64,000 bases of DNA. Origin: Gammaproteobacteria bacterium (GTDB taxonomy: Bacteria > Pseudomonadota > Gammaproteobacteria > CBDBNL01 > JAAOII01). The stretch spans positions 832,001-896,000 of the forward strand of contig OZ242372.1 of NCBI GenBank assembly GCA_965209035.1. The letters run 5' to 3'. Shown in pieces: positions 10,340 to 20,758 of this stretch; positions within the stretch are counted from its first letter, which is position 1, and each line of letters opens with the position of its first letter. Made by a program: the position numbers and the translations under genes. The notes under the pieces were generated by a model. The model saw only the letters and a list, made by a program, of their open reading frames with translations. It did not search any database and was not told where the DNA came from.

Positions 10340-12190
10340 TTACCGCGGCCGAGTGATCTGCTCGCCCTCCATACGATGCATTATACGAGACATTTTTTGC
10401 TTCACCGCGGGAATGTAGTCTTTCTTGAGCCGTTCCAACTTGTCTTTTTCGCTCTTTTTTGTGGCTACGACAAGTTCGCTCTTATAGGTTTCTAACAGGA
10501 GACTGCCAACATCCTTAAAAATCCAGTCTCTGCCGAGCGGCGGTTTTCCTTGCCAGGGTCCCAAATAAGCATCACACCCCTTTAACCAACCGTAAAGATA
10601 ATCACCGCCATGATCGGCCGCCTCAAAAAGACGCATCACCTTATGCAGCATCTCCGTATCCGAGCAAGAAGCCGCTGTTTTCAATTCCTTTGCCCAATAT
10701 AATTGCGTCTCTTTTGCCAACTTCCTATCCGCCAGAAATAACAATGCCATTCTGTGCAGTCTGTGTGGCATCGGCTCCGCGGAGACGGACTTTGGAGACC
10801 GCCCGGCGGAAAATTTTCGTTTAACCGGTTTTGCCTCGGACAGCAGGATGGAAATACCCGCCAGTTCTTCGGCATCCTTGTGAATAAGCGTCTTACGATA
10901 GGACACGGGCATCAGAGCCAAACGCTCCGCCAACATCTTAATGGCGCGTGTTTTTGCATCTGTCCCGGCGGCGGACCGTAATTCTTGCAGCAAAAACTCC
11001 TCCAAAGAAACTGATTTTAATTGCTCCCAACCTTGTATGCCGTCTTTAAGCAACAGGCTATTCGGGTCATCACCGGGCGGCAAAAAAAGAAGCGAAAGAT
11101 TTCTGTCGTCGTCAACAAAAGGTAAACACCGAACAACCGCTTTCAGGGCGGCCGCCGAGCCGGCATCGTCTCCGTCAAACGCAACCACAATATTTGCGGT
11201 ATAACGAAATAACTTTTGAGCATGCTCTGCGGTAAACGCCGTTCCCAGACATGCCAGGACCCGTTTTTGCATCCCAAATGCCAAGACATCCGTATAGCCT
11301 TCCACCAAAATCATCTCATCCTTGGGGTCTTTAATTTCCAATGCCTGCGGCTGCCCGTAAAACTCTTTGCTCTTGCTAAAAATGATGCTCTCCGCGGAAT
11401 TGATGTATTTTGGCCCTTCGTCACCCAACCGACGACCGCCAAATCCGATGGGTCGGTTTCTTTGATCATGGATGGGAAACATCACTCTGTTGCGAAAAAA
11501 ATCATACACATCACCCCCCTCGTTCTGTCTGACAAGTTCCAGTTTCAAAGCCACCTTGCGTATTCGATCCTTGTCCAAGGATCTTAAGAGTGCCGCTTTG
11601 CCGGTCGGGGAAAGTTTCGCCGCCAAGGCGGCCGCTCGTATTTTGTCTTCGGTCAAGGACTGCCAGAGTGCCGTACCGCTTGCCGGGGCCACACCCAATT
11701 CATAAAAGCGGGCTGTTTCCTCGGCAATACCCCGTTCCCGCAAGTCATCCGCCAGACCGCTCTTGTCGGCGCGCAATTGCTCCTTGTAAAAGTCCGTGGT
11801 GTGACGCAACAAGGCATAGGCGACATCCGTATCTGACAGCCGCTTTTGCCCTTGGGTACTTTCCTCCCCCGCGGCATAGACAATCGGCACCCCCTGTATT
11901 TCCGCCAAACGCTCCACAGCCGGTAAAAAATCTAACAACTCCGTCCGCCGTAAAAAATGAACGGCATTTCCGCTCTCTTGACACCCAAAACAATAAAACA
12001 AATTCTTCTCGGGGTCAACCGTAAAAGAAGGCGTTTTTTCTTGATGAAAGGGACAAAGACCGACATAACTTCTGCCGGCTCGTTTGAGTTTTACCTTGGT
12101 GCCGACAATACTCACCAGATCGGCGTTTGCCACCAACCCTTCCACAAACCCTTGGTCAATGGGCCTGTTTGAACTTTGCGAAGAAGACAC
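10340..12190 (-). CDS. dnaG: DNA primase
   Basis: CPFHQEKTPSF..CFGC zinc finger, FRNRVMFPI, KYINS, VEGYTD, FDGDDAG TOPRIM. Confidence 0.96.
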   Translation of the reverse strand: MSSSQSSNRPIDQGFVEGLVANADLVSIVGTKVKLKRAGRSYVGLCPFHQEKTPSFTVDPEKNLFYCFGCQESGNAVHFLRRTELLDFLPAVERLAEIQGVPIVYAAGEESTQGQKRLSDTDVAYALLRHTTDFYKEQLRADKSGLADDLRERGIAEETARFYELGVAPASGTALWQSLTEDKIRAAALAAKLSPTGKAALLRSLDKDRIRKVALKLELVRQNEGGDVYDFFRNRVMFPIHDQRNRPIGFGGRRLGDEGPKYINSAESIIFSKSKEFYGQPQALEIKDPKDEMILVEGYTDVLAFGMQKRVLACLGTAFTAEHAQKLFRYTANIVVAFDGDDAGSAAALKAVVRCLPFVDDDRNLSLLFLPPGDDPNSLLLKDGIQGWEQLKSVSLEEFLLQELRSAAGTDAKTRAIKMLAERLALMPVSYRKTLIHKDAEELAGISILLSEAKPVKRKFSAGRSPKSVSAEPMPHRLHRMALLFLADRKLAKETQLYWAKELKTAASCSDTEMLHKVMRLFEAADHGGDYLYGWLKGCDAYLGPWQGKPPLGRDWIFKDVGSLLLETYKSELVVATKKSEKDKLERLKKDYIPAVKQKMSRIMHRMEGEQITRPR

Positions 12191-12208
12191 CGATATATGT
12201 ATGTTTGT

Positions 12209-12784
12209 TTATTTTGTCGCCGGGATATCTCCCGCAACTTGCTCCGAGTCCCGCCCGGAATCCTGCCCGGAAACTTGCCTAGAAGTTTGCATAGCCTCTT
12301 TTATCTGATCGTAAGAAAACCCGCGCCCCGCCAAAAAACGCTGTTGGCCGGCTCTGGCGGCCGGGTCCGGCGCCACCTTGCCGTATTTTTTTTGAAACAA
12401 TTCGTATGCCCGGTCGTTCCAAAATCTCTCATCATACGCTTCCAAACAGTTTTGAATATGTGTGTCCGCAACACCTTTGCTTCTCAGATAATGAACGATT
12501 TTGACCTTCCCCCATCCTTTTTCCAAACTCAGGCGAATGTAAGATTTTGTAAAACGCACTTCATCCAGAAACCCCTCACGCGTCAGTTTGTCCAATACCG
12601 CATCTATGCGCGACGCCGCCCGATTCGTTCCGCGCACCCGCAAGAGAAGTTTGTTCTTTAATTCACCCCCGGAATGCTCTCTGCGCGCCAGCAACCGCAA
12701 CGCGGCATTCCATAAAAAATTGTCCGTTGCCGAATTGTCGCTGTCGTCAAACATTTCTCCTTCCGCCGCCGCGACACAGGTCAT
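12209..12784 (-). CDS. recX: Regulatory protein RecX
   Basis: ALRLLARREHS..EL, GFLDEVRF, RFLAGRGF; directly downstream of recA. Confidence 0.9.
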   Translation of the reverse strand: MTCVAAAEGEMFDDSDNSATDNFLWNAALRLLARREHSGGELKNKLLLRVRGTNRAASRIDAVLDKLTREGFLDEVRFTKSYIRLSLEKGWGKVKIVHYLRSKGVADTHIQNCLEAYDERFWNDRAYELFQKKYGKVAPDPAARAGQQRFLAGRGFSYDQIKEAMQTSRQVSGQDSGRDSEQVAGDIPATK

Positions 12785-12802
12785 GTTCTTGCCATGCGGT
12801 CT

Positions 12803-13882
12803 TTATGTTCCGGCTTCCGGCAGGATTGGGGCATTTGTTTTCTCGGCTTTGTCCGTTTTCTCCATGATCGCCGCTTTCTTTGCCGGCACACTGTCGGGCA
12901 TCAGTATCTCCCGCAATTTTTGTTCCAGTATTTGTGCAACTTCCGGCGTCTCTTTAAGGAAAGTAATGGCACTTGCCTTGCCCTGGCCGATCTTTCGTCC
13001 TTCGTAACTATACCAGGCACCGGCTTTTTCTACCAGATTATTCTGAACTCCCAGATCAACCAATTCGCCAAGACGATTGATCCCCGCGCCATATATAATT
13101 TCAAACTCCACCTGGCGAAACGGCGGCGCAAGTTTGTTCTTAACAACCTTGACGCGCGTTGCATTCCCTTTAATGGTGTCGCCTTCCTTAATTGCGCCTA
13201 TGCGCCGGATATCCAAACGCACCGAAGCGTAAAACTTGAGCGCGTTTCCGCCGGATGTTGTTTCGGGATTACCGAACATGACGCCAATCTTCATTCGTAT
13301 TTGATTAATGAAAATAATCAGCGTATTGGAGCGTTTGACATTGCCGGTGATCTTACGCAACGCCTGACTCATCAAGCGGGCTTGCAACCCCATATGCGCG
13401 TCTCCCATGTCGCCCTCTATTTCGGCGCGGGGAGTGAGTGCGGCAACCGAATCCACTACCAACAGATCCACCCCGCCGGAACGCACCAACATATCGCAAA
13501 TCTCCAATGCTTGCTCGCCCGTATCCGGTTGAGAAATAATGAGGTCGTCCACATTGACCCCCAGTTTCTTGGCATATGAGACATCCAAGGCATGCTCGGC
13601 ATCAACAAAGGCCGCACTGCCGCCCTGCTTATGGCACTCGGCAATCGCTTGCAGGGAAAGTGTTGTCTTACCGGAAGCCTCGGGGCCGTAAATCTCAACG
13701 ATTCGGCCGCGCGGCAAGCCGCCGATACCAAGGGCGATATCCAAACCGAGTGAACCGGTCGGAATCACCGGCACATTCATCTGTTTTTCAGAATCTCCCA
13801 TTTGCATAATTGAGCCCTTGCCAAACTGTTTCTCAATTTGAGCCATTGCGGCTTCCAGTGCTTTTTCTTTTTCTTTTGTCAT
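12803..13882 (-). CDS. recA: Recombinase RecA
   Basis: [33 protein letters not shown]. Confidence 0.99.
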   Translation of the reverse strand: MTKEKEKALEAAMAQIEKQFGKGSIMQMGDSEKQMNVPVIPTGSLGLDIALGIGGLPRGRIVEIYGPEASGKTTLSLQAIAECHKQGGSAAFVDAEHALDVSYAKKLGVNVDDLIISQPDTGEQALEICDMLVRSGGVDLLVVDSVAALTPRAEIEGDMGDAHMGLQARLMSQALRKITGNVKRSNTLIIFINQIRMKIGVMFGNPETTSGGNALKFYASVRLDIRRIGAIKEGDTIKGNATRVKVVKNKLAPPFRQVEFEIIYGAGINRLGELVDLGVQNNLVEKAGAWYSYEGRKIGQGKASAITFLKETPEVAQILEQKLREILMPDSVPAKKAAIMEKTDKAEKTNAPILPEAGT

Positions 13883-13940
13883 GTTTTGTTGTTCCTCCTT
13901 TAATTAATAAATAAATAAAAAAATAAAAATCATTAAACTG

Positions 13941-14489
13941 TTAATTCTCTCCTTGCCGGCCCCGCCGGCCCGCGTTCTTTTTCAACAGGACATACAAAGC
14001 ACCGGTTCCGCCGTCTTGCGGTTTGGCACTGACATATGCCAAAACTTCCGGCACTTCCTTTAACCATGCGGTAATCCTATTTTTCAGTAACACCGGCTGC
14101 GAAGAATTTTTTCCCTTACCGTGAATAATCAACACGGCTTCCGCCCGCCCGCCCGCAAGCACTTCGGATAAAAATTCTTGCAGTTTTTGCCGAGCTCCGA
14201 CCCCGGTTTCACCGTGAATATCCAAGCAAAAGTCCGTATTCATTTTACCGCGTCTTAGCGATTCCAGTTTGCCAACCTGCAACCCCGGCCTCCGATATTC
14301 AACCGCATCTGTGCCGGCATCACCGTCCGCTTGCCCGCGATCCTCTATACGAACCTCTGTCTGCTTGCCGGTGACCCGTACGGAATCTGTCCCCGGCAGC
14401 GGCATGTATTTCGTTTTTTTCATCGCATCCTTAAATTCCGCAACTTCCGATTCGGTGATGTATGATTTATGTTCTTTCACTTTTTGCAA
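13941..14489 (-). CDS. Smr-domain protein (SmrA-like)
   Basis: LDIHG, IIHGKG, DGGTGALYVLL; start uncertain. Confidence 0.85.
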   Translation of the reverse strand: MQKVKEHKSYITESEVAEFKDAMKKTKYMPLPGTDSVRVTGKQTEVRIEDRGQADGDAGTDAVEYRRPGLQVGKLESLRRGKMNTDFCLDIHGETGVGARQKLQEFLSEVLAGGRAEAVLIIHGKGKNSSQPVLLKNRITAWLKEVPEVLAYVSAKPQDGGTGALYVLLKKNAGRRGRQGEN

Positions 14490-14538
14490 CTTTAATCAAG
14501 CAATCATCAATCAATCATTAAAAGGATAAAAGGGTGTC

Positions 14539-15945
14539 CTAAAGGATGTACTTGCTCAGATCCTTGTCCTGTTGAATACCTCTCAGCCGAGATTCCACCA
14601 TTTTATCGTCCACAACAAGCGGGTTATCCTTGGAATGTTTGGTGGCGAGTTTCTCGGCTTTAAAGGATATATCTTCCAGCAATTTTTCCATCAGGGTGTA
14701 TAACCGTCTGGCACCAATATTCTCGGTATTTTCATTAACTTGCCAGGCAATGTTGGCGATGCTTACGATCGCGGAATCGGAAAACTTCAGACACAGCCCC
14801 TCTGTCGCCAGCAATTCTTGATACTGCAAAATCAAAGAGTTATCCGGCTCTCTGAGGATGCGCTCCAGATCATTCGGTTGCAGAGAACTCAAGTTCACTC
14901 GCACCGGCAATCTTCCTTGCAGCTCCGGGATCATATCGGCGGGAGTGCTCAGATGAAATGCCCCGGAAGCGACGAACAGGATATGATCGGTTTTGATCAT
15001 GCCGTAACGAGTTTTCACCGAAGACCCTTCAATGATTGGCAAGAGATCACGTTGCACTCCTTCGCGCGAAATACCGCCGGCACTTAATCGCCCGTCGCCG
15101 GATTGCGTGATCTTGTCCACTTCGTCCAAAAAGACAATACCGTTTTCTTCAACAGAACGCACCGTGAGTGTTCTTATTTCTTCCTCGTTGATGTTCTCAT
15201 CGATGATCTCTTCGGTCAGGACACGCCTTGCTTCGCTAATTTTGAGTTTCCGTTTGGTCTCCTTGCCGCCGCGCGAATTTTTGAACAGGGATTGCAGTTG
15301 ATTGGAAATCTCTTCCATACCCGGCGGGCCCATAATTTCCACCCCGACGGCCGGAGTATTTGCGCTGATCTCAATCACCTTGTCTTCCAGTTCTTTTTTA
15401 CGCAGTTTGGCGCGAAACCTTTTACGTGCCGGTGAATCACCGTCCGGGGAAAAAGAAGGTTCTTCCGCCGAACTATCCAATTCGCCCAATTCGCCCATAC
15501 CGGCGTGAGGGTTCTCTTTTGAAGACGGCACCAGCGCATTCAAAAGGCGTTCTTCCACTTCTTCCCGGACCGCTTCTTTAATCTCCGCCCGCATCTCATC
15601 GCGCAGCATGTTGGCCGCCACATTGGCGAGATCCCGAATGATGGACTCCACATCGCGCCCCACATAACCCACTTCGGTGAACTTGGTTGCTTCAACCTTA
15701 ATAAACGGCGCGGACACCATATCCGCCAAACGCCTGGCGATTTCTGTCTTACCCACCCCGGTCGGCCCAATCATTAAGATGTTTTTGGGTGTCACCTCGC
15801 GTTGCATCTTCGGTGAAAGCTGCATACGCCGCCAACGACTGCGTAACGCCAGGGCTACCGAACGCTTGGCATCGTTTTGACCGATAATATATTTATCCAA
15901 TTGTCGGATAATCTCTTTCGCCGACAGTTCTTTTTTTTCAATCAT
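14539..15945 (-). CDS. hslU: ATP-dependent protease ATPase subunit HslU
   Basis: [35 protein letters not shown]-terminal KYIL. Confidence 0.98.
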   Translation of the reverse strand: MIEKKELSAKEIIRQLDKYIIGQNDAKRSVALALRSRWRRMQLSPKMQREVTPKNILMIGPTGVGKTEIARRLADMVSAPFIKVEATKFTEVGYVGRDVESIIRDLANVAANMLRDEMRAEIKEAVREEVEERLLNALVPSSKENPHAGMGELGELDSSAEEPSFSPDGDSPARKRFRAKLRKKELEDKVIEISANTPAVGVEIMGPPGMEEISNQLQSLFKNSRGGKETKRKLKISEARRVLTEEIIDENINEEEIRTLTVRSVEENGIVFLDEVDKITQSGDGRLSAGGISREGVQRDLLPIIEGSSVKTRYGMIKTDHILFVASGAFHLSTPADMIPELQGRLPVRVNLSSLQPNDLERILREPDNSLILQYQELLATEGLCLKFSDSAIVSIANIAWQVNENTENIGARRLYTLMEKLLEDISFKAEKLATKHSKDNPLVVDDKMVESRLRGIQQDKDLSKYIL

Positions 15946-16504
15946 ACTTCAATATCTCCATAGTAAACCTGTGATTTGTATAGATACAAATATCCGCGGC
16001 AATCGCCATCGCCTTCTTGCCAATTTCTTTGACGGACAAATCGGTTTCGTTCAGCAGGGCCCGGGCCGCCGCCTTGGCATAGGTGCCGCCGGATCCGATG
16101 GCAATCAGATCATCCTGTGCTTCTATCACATCCCCGCTACCCGTAATGACGAGAGAATTTTTGTTATCCGCCACTATGAGAAGTGCTTCCAGACGGCGCA
16201 GATATCGGTCTGTTCGCCAGTCTTTCGCCAATTCCACCGCAGAGCGGACAAGCATTCCCTGATGTTTGGAAAGTTTGCCCTCAAATCGTTCAAACAGAGT
16301 AAACGCATCGGCGGTGCCGCCGGCAAAGCCGGCAAGAACCTTGTCATCATATAGTCGCCGCACCTTGCGCGCATTGGGCTTCATAACGGTATGCCCCATA
16401 GAAACCTGGCCATCGCCGATCATGATGACTTCGTTTTTCTTCCGAACGGACAAGATAGTCGTTCCCCTGAGCCCGGTGAGATTGGAAGCGGAATATTCTG
16501 TCAT
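15938..16504 (-). CDS. hslV: ATP-dependent protease peptidase subunit HslV
   Basis: [28 protein letters not shown]. Confidence 0.98.
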   Translation of the reverse strand: MTEYSASNLTGLRGTTILSVRKKNEVIMIGDGQVSMGHTVMKPNARKVRRLYDDKVLAGFAGGTADAFTLFERFEGKLSKHQGMLVRSAVELAKDWRTDRYLRRLEALLIVADNKNSLVITGSGDVIEAQDDLIAIGSGGTYAKAAARALLNETDLSVKEIGKKAMAIAADICIYTNHRFTMEILKYD

Positions 16505-16721
16505 TGTCTTACTTATTGTATGTCATGTTCTAAAATTGCTTTGGATACTCGGATACAAGTGTCCCGTCAAAATACAAGTAATCGTTTTGAATTGATACAT
16601 AGCCTTAAACACTATAATAAGAAACAAAAGACACTTTTTCAAGGTTACCGGACGGGTTTTGAGAGTAAAGCATTAAAATTTATGAAAACTTGCGGTTATG
16701 CATTAAAAATCTTAAAAACCC

Positions 16722-16750
16722 TTGCAATCGTCGCTTACCTTGTTTATAAT
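16722..16750 (+). promoter_or_regulatory. sigma70-type promoter of the rpsF operon
   Basis: TTGCAA-N17-TATAAT about 87 nt before the rpsF start. Confidence 0.6.
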
Positions 16751-16836
16751 TGAATTATATTTGCTGTCGCCTCGTTCTGTTTTATTATTTTTAAGGCGAT
16801 GGCTGTAAGTCCAAAAAAAACGAAATATTAAAAAGT

Positions 16837-17604
16837 ATGGAAAAAAGACACTATGAAGTTTTGTTGATTCTTCGCCCGACCGAAGACGAAAAGATCGCCG
16901 GGCTGGTTGACGAGTATGTGCGTATTCTTAAAGAAGACGGCGAAATAGAGCGTATGGAGCAATGGGGGTTACGCCGGCTTGCCTATGCCATCAAAGATCA
17001 CCGGCGCGGCTTTTATGTTCTGATAAACACCTGTTGCCGGTCTTCCGCCATAGAAAAATTGGAAGAACGGTTCCGATTTGAAGACAATATTTTGCGTTTT
17101 ATGATCATGCGGCAACGAAAAGCACAAACCGGAGAATCACCGGTTGTCCTATCCGCAAAAAATTCAAGGGACAGAGACGGGGACAGGGACAGAGACGGGG
17201 ACAGAAACAGAGACGGGGACAGGAACAGAAACAGAAACAGGAACAGAGATACCGGTTATCAAAAAACCGATACAAGTCCTCCCAAAGAATTGCCGAAAGC
17301 CGCAGAACGCGCGGAAGATTGGAGCGGCGAAAATGTGGACCCGGACGCAACGGACATAACACAACCCAAGTCGGACGATACCGATACTACGCCGGAGAAT
17401 CCCAAAAAAGAATCCGAGTCGAACCCCGTCCGGCAAGACAGCGATCCCGAATCGCCCACACCCGAAATAACGGGCGAAGCATCGGATGCTTCTCTTAAGG
17501 GTAAAGAAGAAACAAGCGAGCAATCGGACAAGCCCGGCAACCCCGACAACGACAATCAAGATAATACCGAAGAAGATAACACCAAAGAAGAAAAGAAAAA
17601 ATAA
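16837..17604 (+). CDS. rpsF: 30S ribosomal protein S6 with ~150-aa low-complexity C-terminal extension
   Basis: [27 protein letters not shown]; precedes rpsR. Confidence 0.93.
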   Translation: MEKRHYEVLLILRPTEDEKIAGLVDEYVRILKEDGEIERMEQWGLRRLAYAIKDHRRGFYVLINTCCRSSAIEKLEERFRFEDNILRFMIMRQRKAQTGESPVVLSAKNSRDRDGDRDRDGDRNRDGDRNRNRNRNRDTGYQKTDTSPPKELPKAAERAEDWSGENVDPDATDITQPKSDDTDTTPENPKKESESNPVRQDSDPESPTPEITGEASDASLKGKEETSEQSDKPGNPDNDNQDNTEEDNTKEEKKK

Positions 17605-17852
17605 TGAAACAAACCAAAAGAGCCTTTACACCTTTCCGAAAGAAGAAATGTTTCTTCACCGAAAAAGGCTATACCGACATTGACTATAAAGATACGGACC
17701 TGTTGAAAAAGTACATTGAAGCCGGCGGCAAAATTGTGCCCTCTTATTTCACCGGCACCAGAACCTTTTATCAGCGCAAACTGACCGCGGCAATCAAACG
17801 TGCCCGGTATATGGCACTTTTACCCTACACGGATAATCATAAAAAGAAATAA
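17604..17852 (+). CDS. rpsR: 30S ribosomal protein S18
   Basis: [33 protein letters not shown]. Confidence 0.97.
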   Translation: MKQTKRAFTPFRKKKCFFTEKGYTDIDYKDTDLLKKYIEAGGKIVPSYFTGTRTFYQRKLTAAIKRARYMALLPYTDNHKKK

Positions 17853-17854
17853 TC

Positions 17855-18310
17855 ATGCAAATTATTTTGTTAGACAATATTGACAATCTGGGCAAACTCG
17901 GCGAACTTCGCAATGTTCGTCCCGGTTATGCCCGCAACTACCTCTTCCCGCAGGGAAAAGCCTTGCCGGCAACGGAAGAGAGTAAAAGAATTTATGAAGC
18001 ACGACGGGAAGAACTGGAAAAAGAAGTGCTTGCCAATATGGAAAAAACCGCACAACAGGCGGAAAAAGTAAAGGAATTGGTTATTCGGTTTAGCAGGCGC
18101 GCAAGTGACGAAGGCAAACTTTACGGATCCGTTAGTCTGGACGATGTTGTCAATGAATTAGCCCGGGCGGACATCGCTGTGGAAAAGCGTCAAATTATCA
18201 TGCCAAACGGCACCTTGCGCCACACCGGCGAATACGCAATTCAGTTGCGGTTCGATGCGGAAAATGTGGCGGATATCCCGCTTGAGATCAACCCGGAAAC
18301 AGGAGGATAA
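17855..18310 (+). CDS. rplI: 50S ribosomal protein L9
   Basis: LGKLG..VRPGYARNYLFPQGKA, GKLYGSV. Confidence 0.97.
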   Translation: MQIILLDNIDNLGKLGELRNVRPGYARNYLFPQGKALPATEESKRIYEARREELEKEVLANMEKTAQQAEKVKELVIRFSRRASDEGKLYGSVSLDDVVNELARADIAVEKRQIIMPNGTLRHTGEYAIQLRFDAENVADIPLEINPETGG

Positions 18311-18313
18311 CCC

Positions 18314-18691
18314 ATGCCGAATATTCAATCCGCAAAAAAACGAGCCCGTCAAAATATTAAACTGCGTTTGGCGAAAGGAAGTCAAAGAAATCAAGTCATT
18401 ACAGCCGTTAAGAAAGTGATTCGCCAAACAACCGAAAACAAACAAACAGAATCTCGTGAAAGTTTTGTTAAAGCACAAAAACTGATGGACGGCTCCGTCA
18501 ACAAAAAACTATTTCACAAGAATAAGATCTCGCGTCTCAAAGCGCGTCTCAATCGTCGCATCAAAGCAATTACGGGGAATGCCCCCGCATCCCCGGAATC
18601 CGAAAGCCGCAACAAAGAGGCATCTCCGGCACCATCCCCCGAATCCCAAACAGAAAGCAGTACGGATACAAAAAACGAGAATACCTCGTAA
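18314..18691 (+). CDS. rpsT: 30S ribosomal protein S20 with C-terminal extension
   Basis: PNIQSAKKRARQ, HKNKISRLKARL. Confidence 0.93.
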   Translation: MPNIQSAKKRARQNIKLRLAKGSQRNQVITAVKKVIRQTTENKQTESRESFVKAQKLMDGSVNKKLFHKNKISRLKARLNRRIKAITGNAPASPESESRNKEASPAPSPESQTESSTDTKNENTS

Positions 18692-18918
18692 AACACTTTT
18701 GGGATTGTCCTGAGAATTATTTGGAGATGGCTTGAAAATACCGCGTAGCGGATCTTCAATCACATCGGCTCACCCAAACGATAACCCGCCGAGGATCCTC
18801 CAAAAAAGGATCCTCGCGCAAAGAATATTCGAAAAAATATTCTTGCCCCATTATTGCCCCGCCTCTGTCACAAGTATGTGACAGGAGGACGCTCAAAGCA
18901 AGGCCTTAAGCCGCCCGA

Positions 18919-19440
18919 TTAAAACGGAATATCGTCGTCCGGATTTTCGGCCTGCTCGGCGGAACTCGCCGACTGCTGACCGCCGCCTGTCTTTTGTTCT
19001 CCGCGGGCACCCTGTTCGGAACGCTCGGAACGAGGAGCATTGCCCGTATTATCCTTCTGTGCTTCGGGATACCCGTCCTCATAAGGAGGAGCACTGTCAT
19101 CCCCTCCTCTGCCGCCGAGCATCTGCATCTCCTGGGCAATGATATCGGTGGAATATCTTTTCACGCCGTCCTTTTCCCAACTGTTGGTTCGTAACTCGCC
19201 TTCAACATAAAGTTGCGAGCCCCTTTTCAAATATTGGGACGCGACATCCGCCAAACGATTAAAAAAGACAACCTTGTGCCAATCGGTCCTCCGTTGTTCT
19301 TCACCGTTGCTATCTTTCCATATTTTGTTTGTGGCAATGCTGCATCTTGTCACACCGATTCCGTTAGCGGACTGACGATACTCCGGATCGGAGCCCAAAT
19401 GTCCAACAAGAATCACTTTGTTTACGCCTCTGTTAGCCAT
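18919..19440 (-). CDS. ssb: Single-stranded DNA-binding protein
   Basis: GVNKVILVGHLGSDPE, WHKVVFF, C-terminal DDDIPF. Confidence 0.98.
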   Translation of the reverse strand: MANRGVNKVILVGHLGSDPEYRQSANGIGVTRCSIATNKIWKDSNGEEQRRTDWHKVVFFNRLADVASQYLKRGSQLYVEGELRTNSWEKDGVKRYSTDIIAQEMQMLGGRGGDDSAPPYEDGYPEAQKDNTGNAPRSERSEQGARGEQKTGGGQQSASSAEQAENPDDDIPF

Positions 19441-19685
19441 AATGATATAAATGTTATGATGTTTATTTTTAATAATAATTATCCGTTCATTATACTTTAA
19501 TCACTTGCATAAATTCGTCAAAATAAACGGATATTTTCACAAAACCGGTCCAATCTCTCATCGCCGGATATTGGACGCCCCCCTTTTTGCAGATCCAAAT
19601 GTTTGACGACTTCTATTGGCAACCAATCAATGATTCAATACAGGCCCGGACGGCACCTCCGCAATTCCCTAAAATATCTGGCATA

Positions 19686-20501
19686 ATGTTTCGCATAAAG
19701 TTTCTCCGCTTCCTTTCATCTCTTGCCGGTTTTTTAACAGATTGCAAACAGCCGGCGATCAAGAACCTTCTCATTCGTCTTTTCGTGTTTCTCTATAAAC
19801 CCAATTTATCCGAAGCCCTCTATAAGAATCCGAAAGACTATGCGACATTTAACGAGTTTTTTACGCGTCCGTTAAAAAGCGGTTTGCGCCCTTTGGCAAG
19901 CACCGACCTGATTTCTCCCGCGGACAGCAGATTAATCAATTCGGGAGCACTGACAAACGGAAAAATACCAACCATTAAAGGACACCATTACGGTCTTGAC
20001 ACATTACTGGGGGTCACCGGCAAAGATGCCGAGGGCATCCGCCAAACATTTGCATCCGGTTTTTTTGCTCTGTTTTACCTGTCGCCAAAGGACTACCATC
20101 GCGTCCACTGCCCCTGCGCGGGCCAACTCACACATATTCGGTTTATACCCGGGAAACTTTTACCGGTGAATGATTTTGTTGCCCGGCGCAGGCCTCTTCT
20201 TTATGCCGAAAATCAGCGAGCCGTCTTCTCGTTTGACACTGAAAAAGGAAAAATGATTCTGGTGATGGTAGCCGCCCTGTTTGTTTCATCCGTTGAAACC
20301 GTTTGGTCGGGGCGGCACTCCGCTCTTTCGCCGAAACTGGAACAGACACCGAATGTCCGCTTAAAAAAAGGAGAGCAGCTCGGAAAGTTTTTAATGGGTT
20401 CCTCGGTACTCCTGATAACCGAGAGACCGGCAGATTCCCGGGCAGTGGCCCCGCCTGCCGGCACACCGGTTCGTGTCGGTCAGCCTCTCATTAATCTGTA
20501 A
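19686..20501 (+). CDS. psd: Phosphatidylserine decarboxylase proenzyme
   Basis: FNEFFTRPLK, SPAD, YLSPKDYHRVH, FLMGSSV (LGST-like cleavage motif); start uncertain. Confidence 0.9.
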   Translation: MFRIKFLRFLSSLAGFLTDCKQPAIKNLLIRLFVFLYKPNLSEALYKNPKDYATFNEFFTRPLKSGLRPLASTDLISPADSRLINSGALTNGKIPTIKGHHYGLDTLLGVTGKDAEGIRQTFASGFFALFYLSPKDYHRVHCPCAGQLTHIRFIPGKLLPVNDFVARRRPLLYAENQRAVFSFDTEKGKMILVMVAALFVSSVETVWSGRHSALSPKLEQTPNVRLKKGEQLGKFLMGSSVLLITERPADSRAVAPPAGTPVRVGQPLINL

Positions 20502-20758
20502 CTATGGAACTACATTCTCCAAATGCGGCGGCAGCCCGGATCCCGGAAAAATGCGACACTCTTTTTTTCGCGTCGGCATCCGGCAGGGACGGAAGGAATG
20601 ACACCGGGAAACAGGTGCGAACCAAAAATGCCAAACCGAGTGCATACAGGCACCGAAGACGCCCTTGCTTCATACTATAATAATTAATACACGAAAATGA
20701 GAATGTATCACAAACTGGTCATGGAAGAAAACATCCGGCTACGGAGGCAGCCTCTCGC

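Noticed and set aside
13883-13960. LexA box upstream of recA
   Set aside because: CTGT at 13938 is not followed by N8-ACAG
20560-20625. SRP (4.5S) RNA
   Set aside because: cagggacggaaggaatgac only partly resembles the domain IV motif and no long flanking helix was seen
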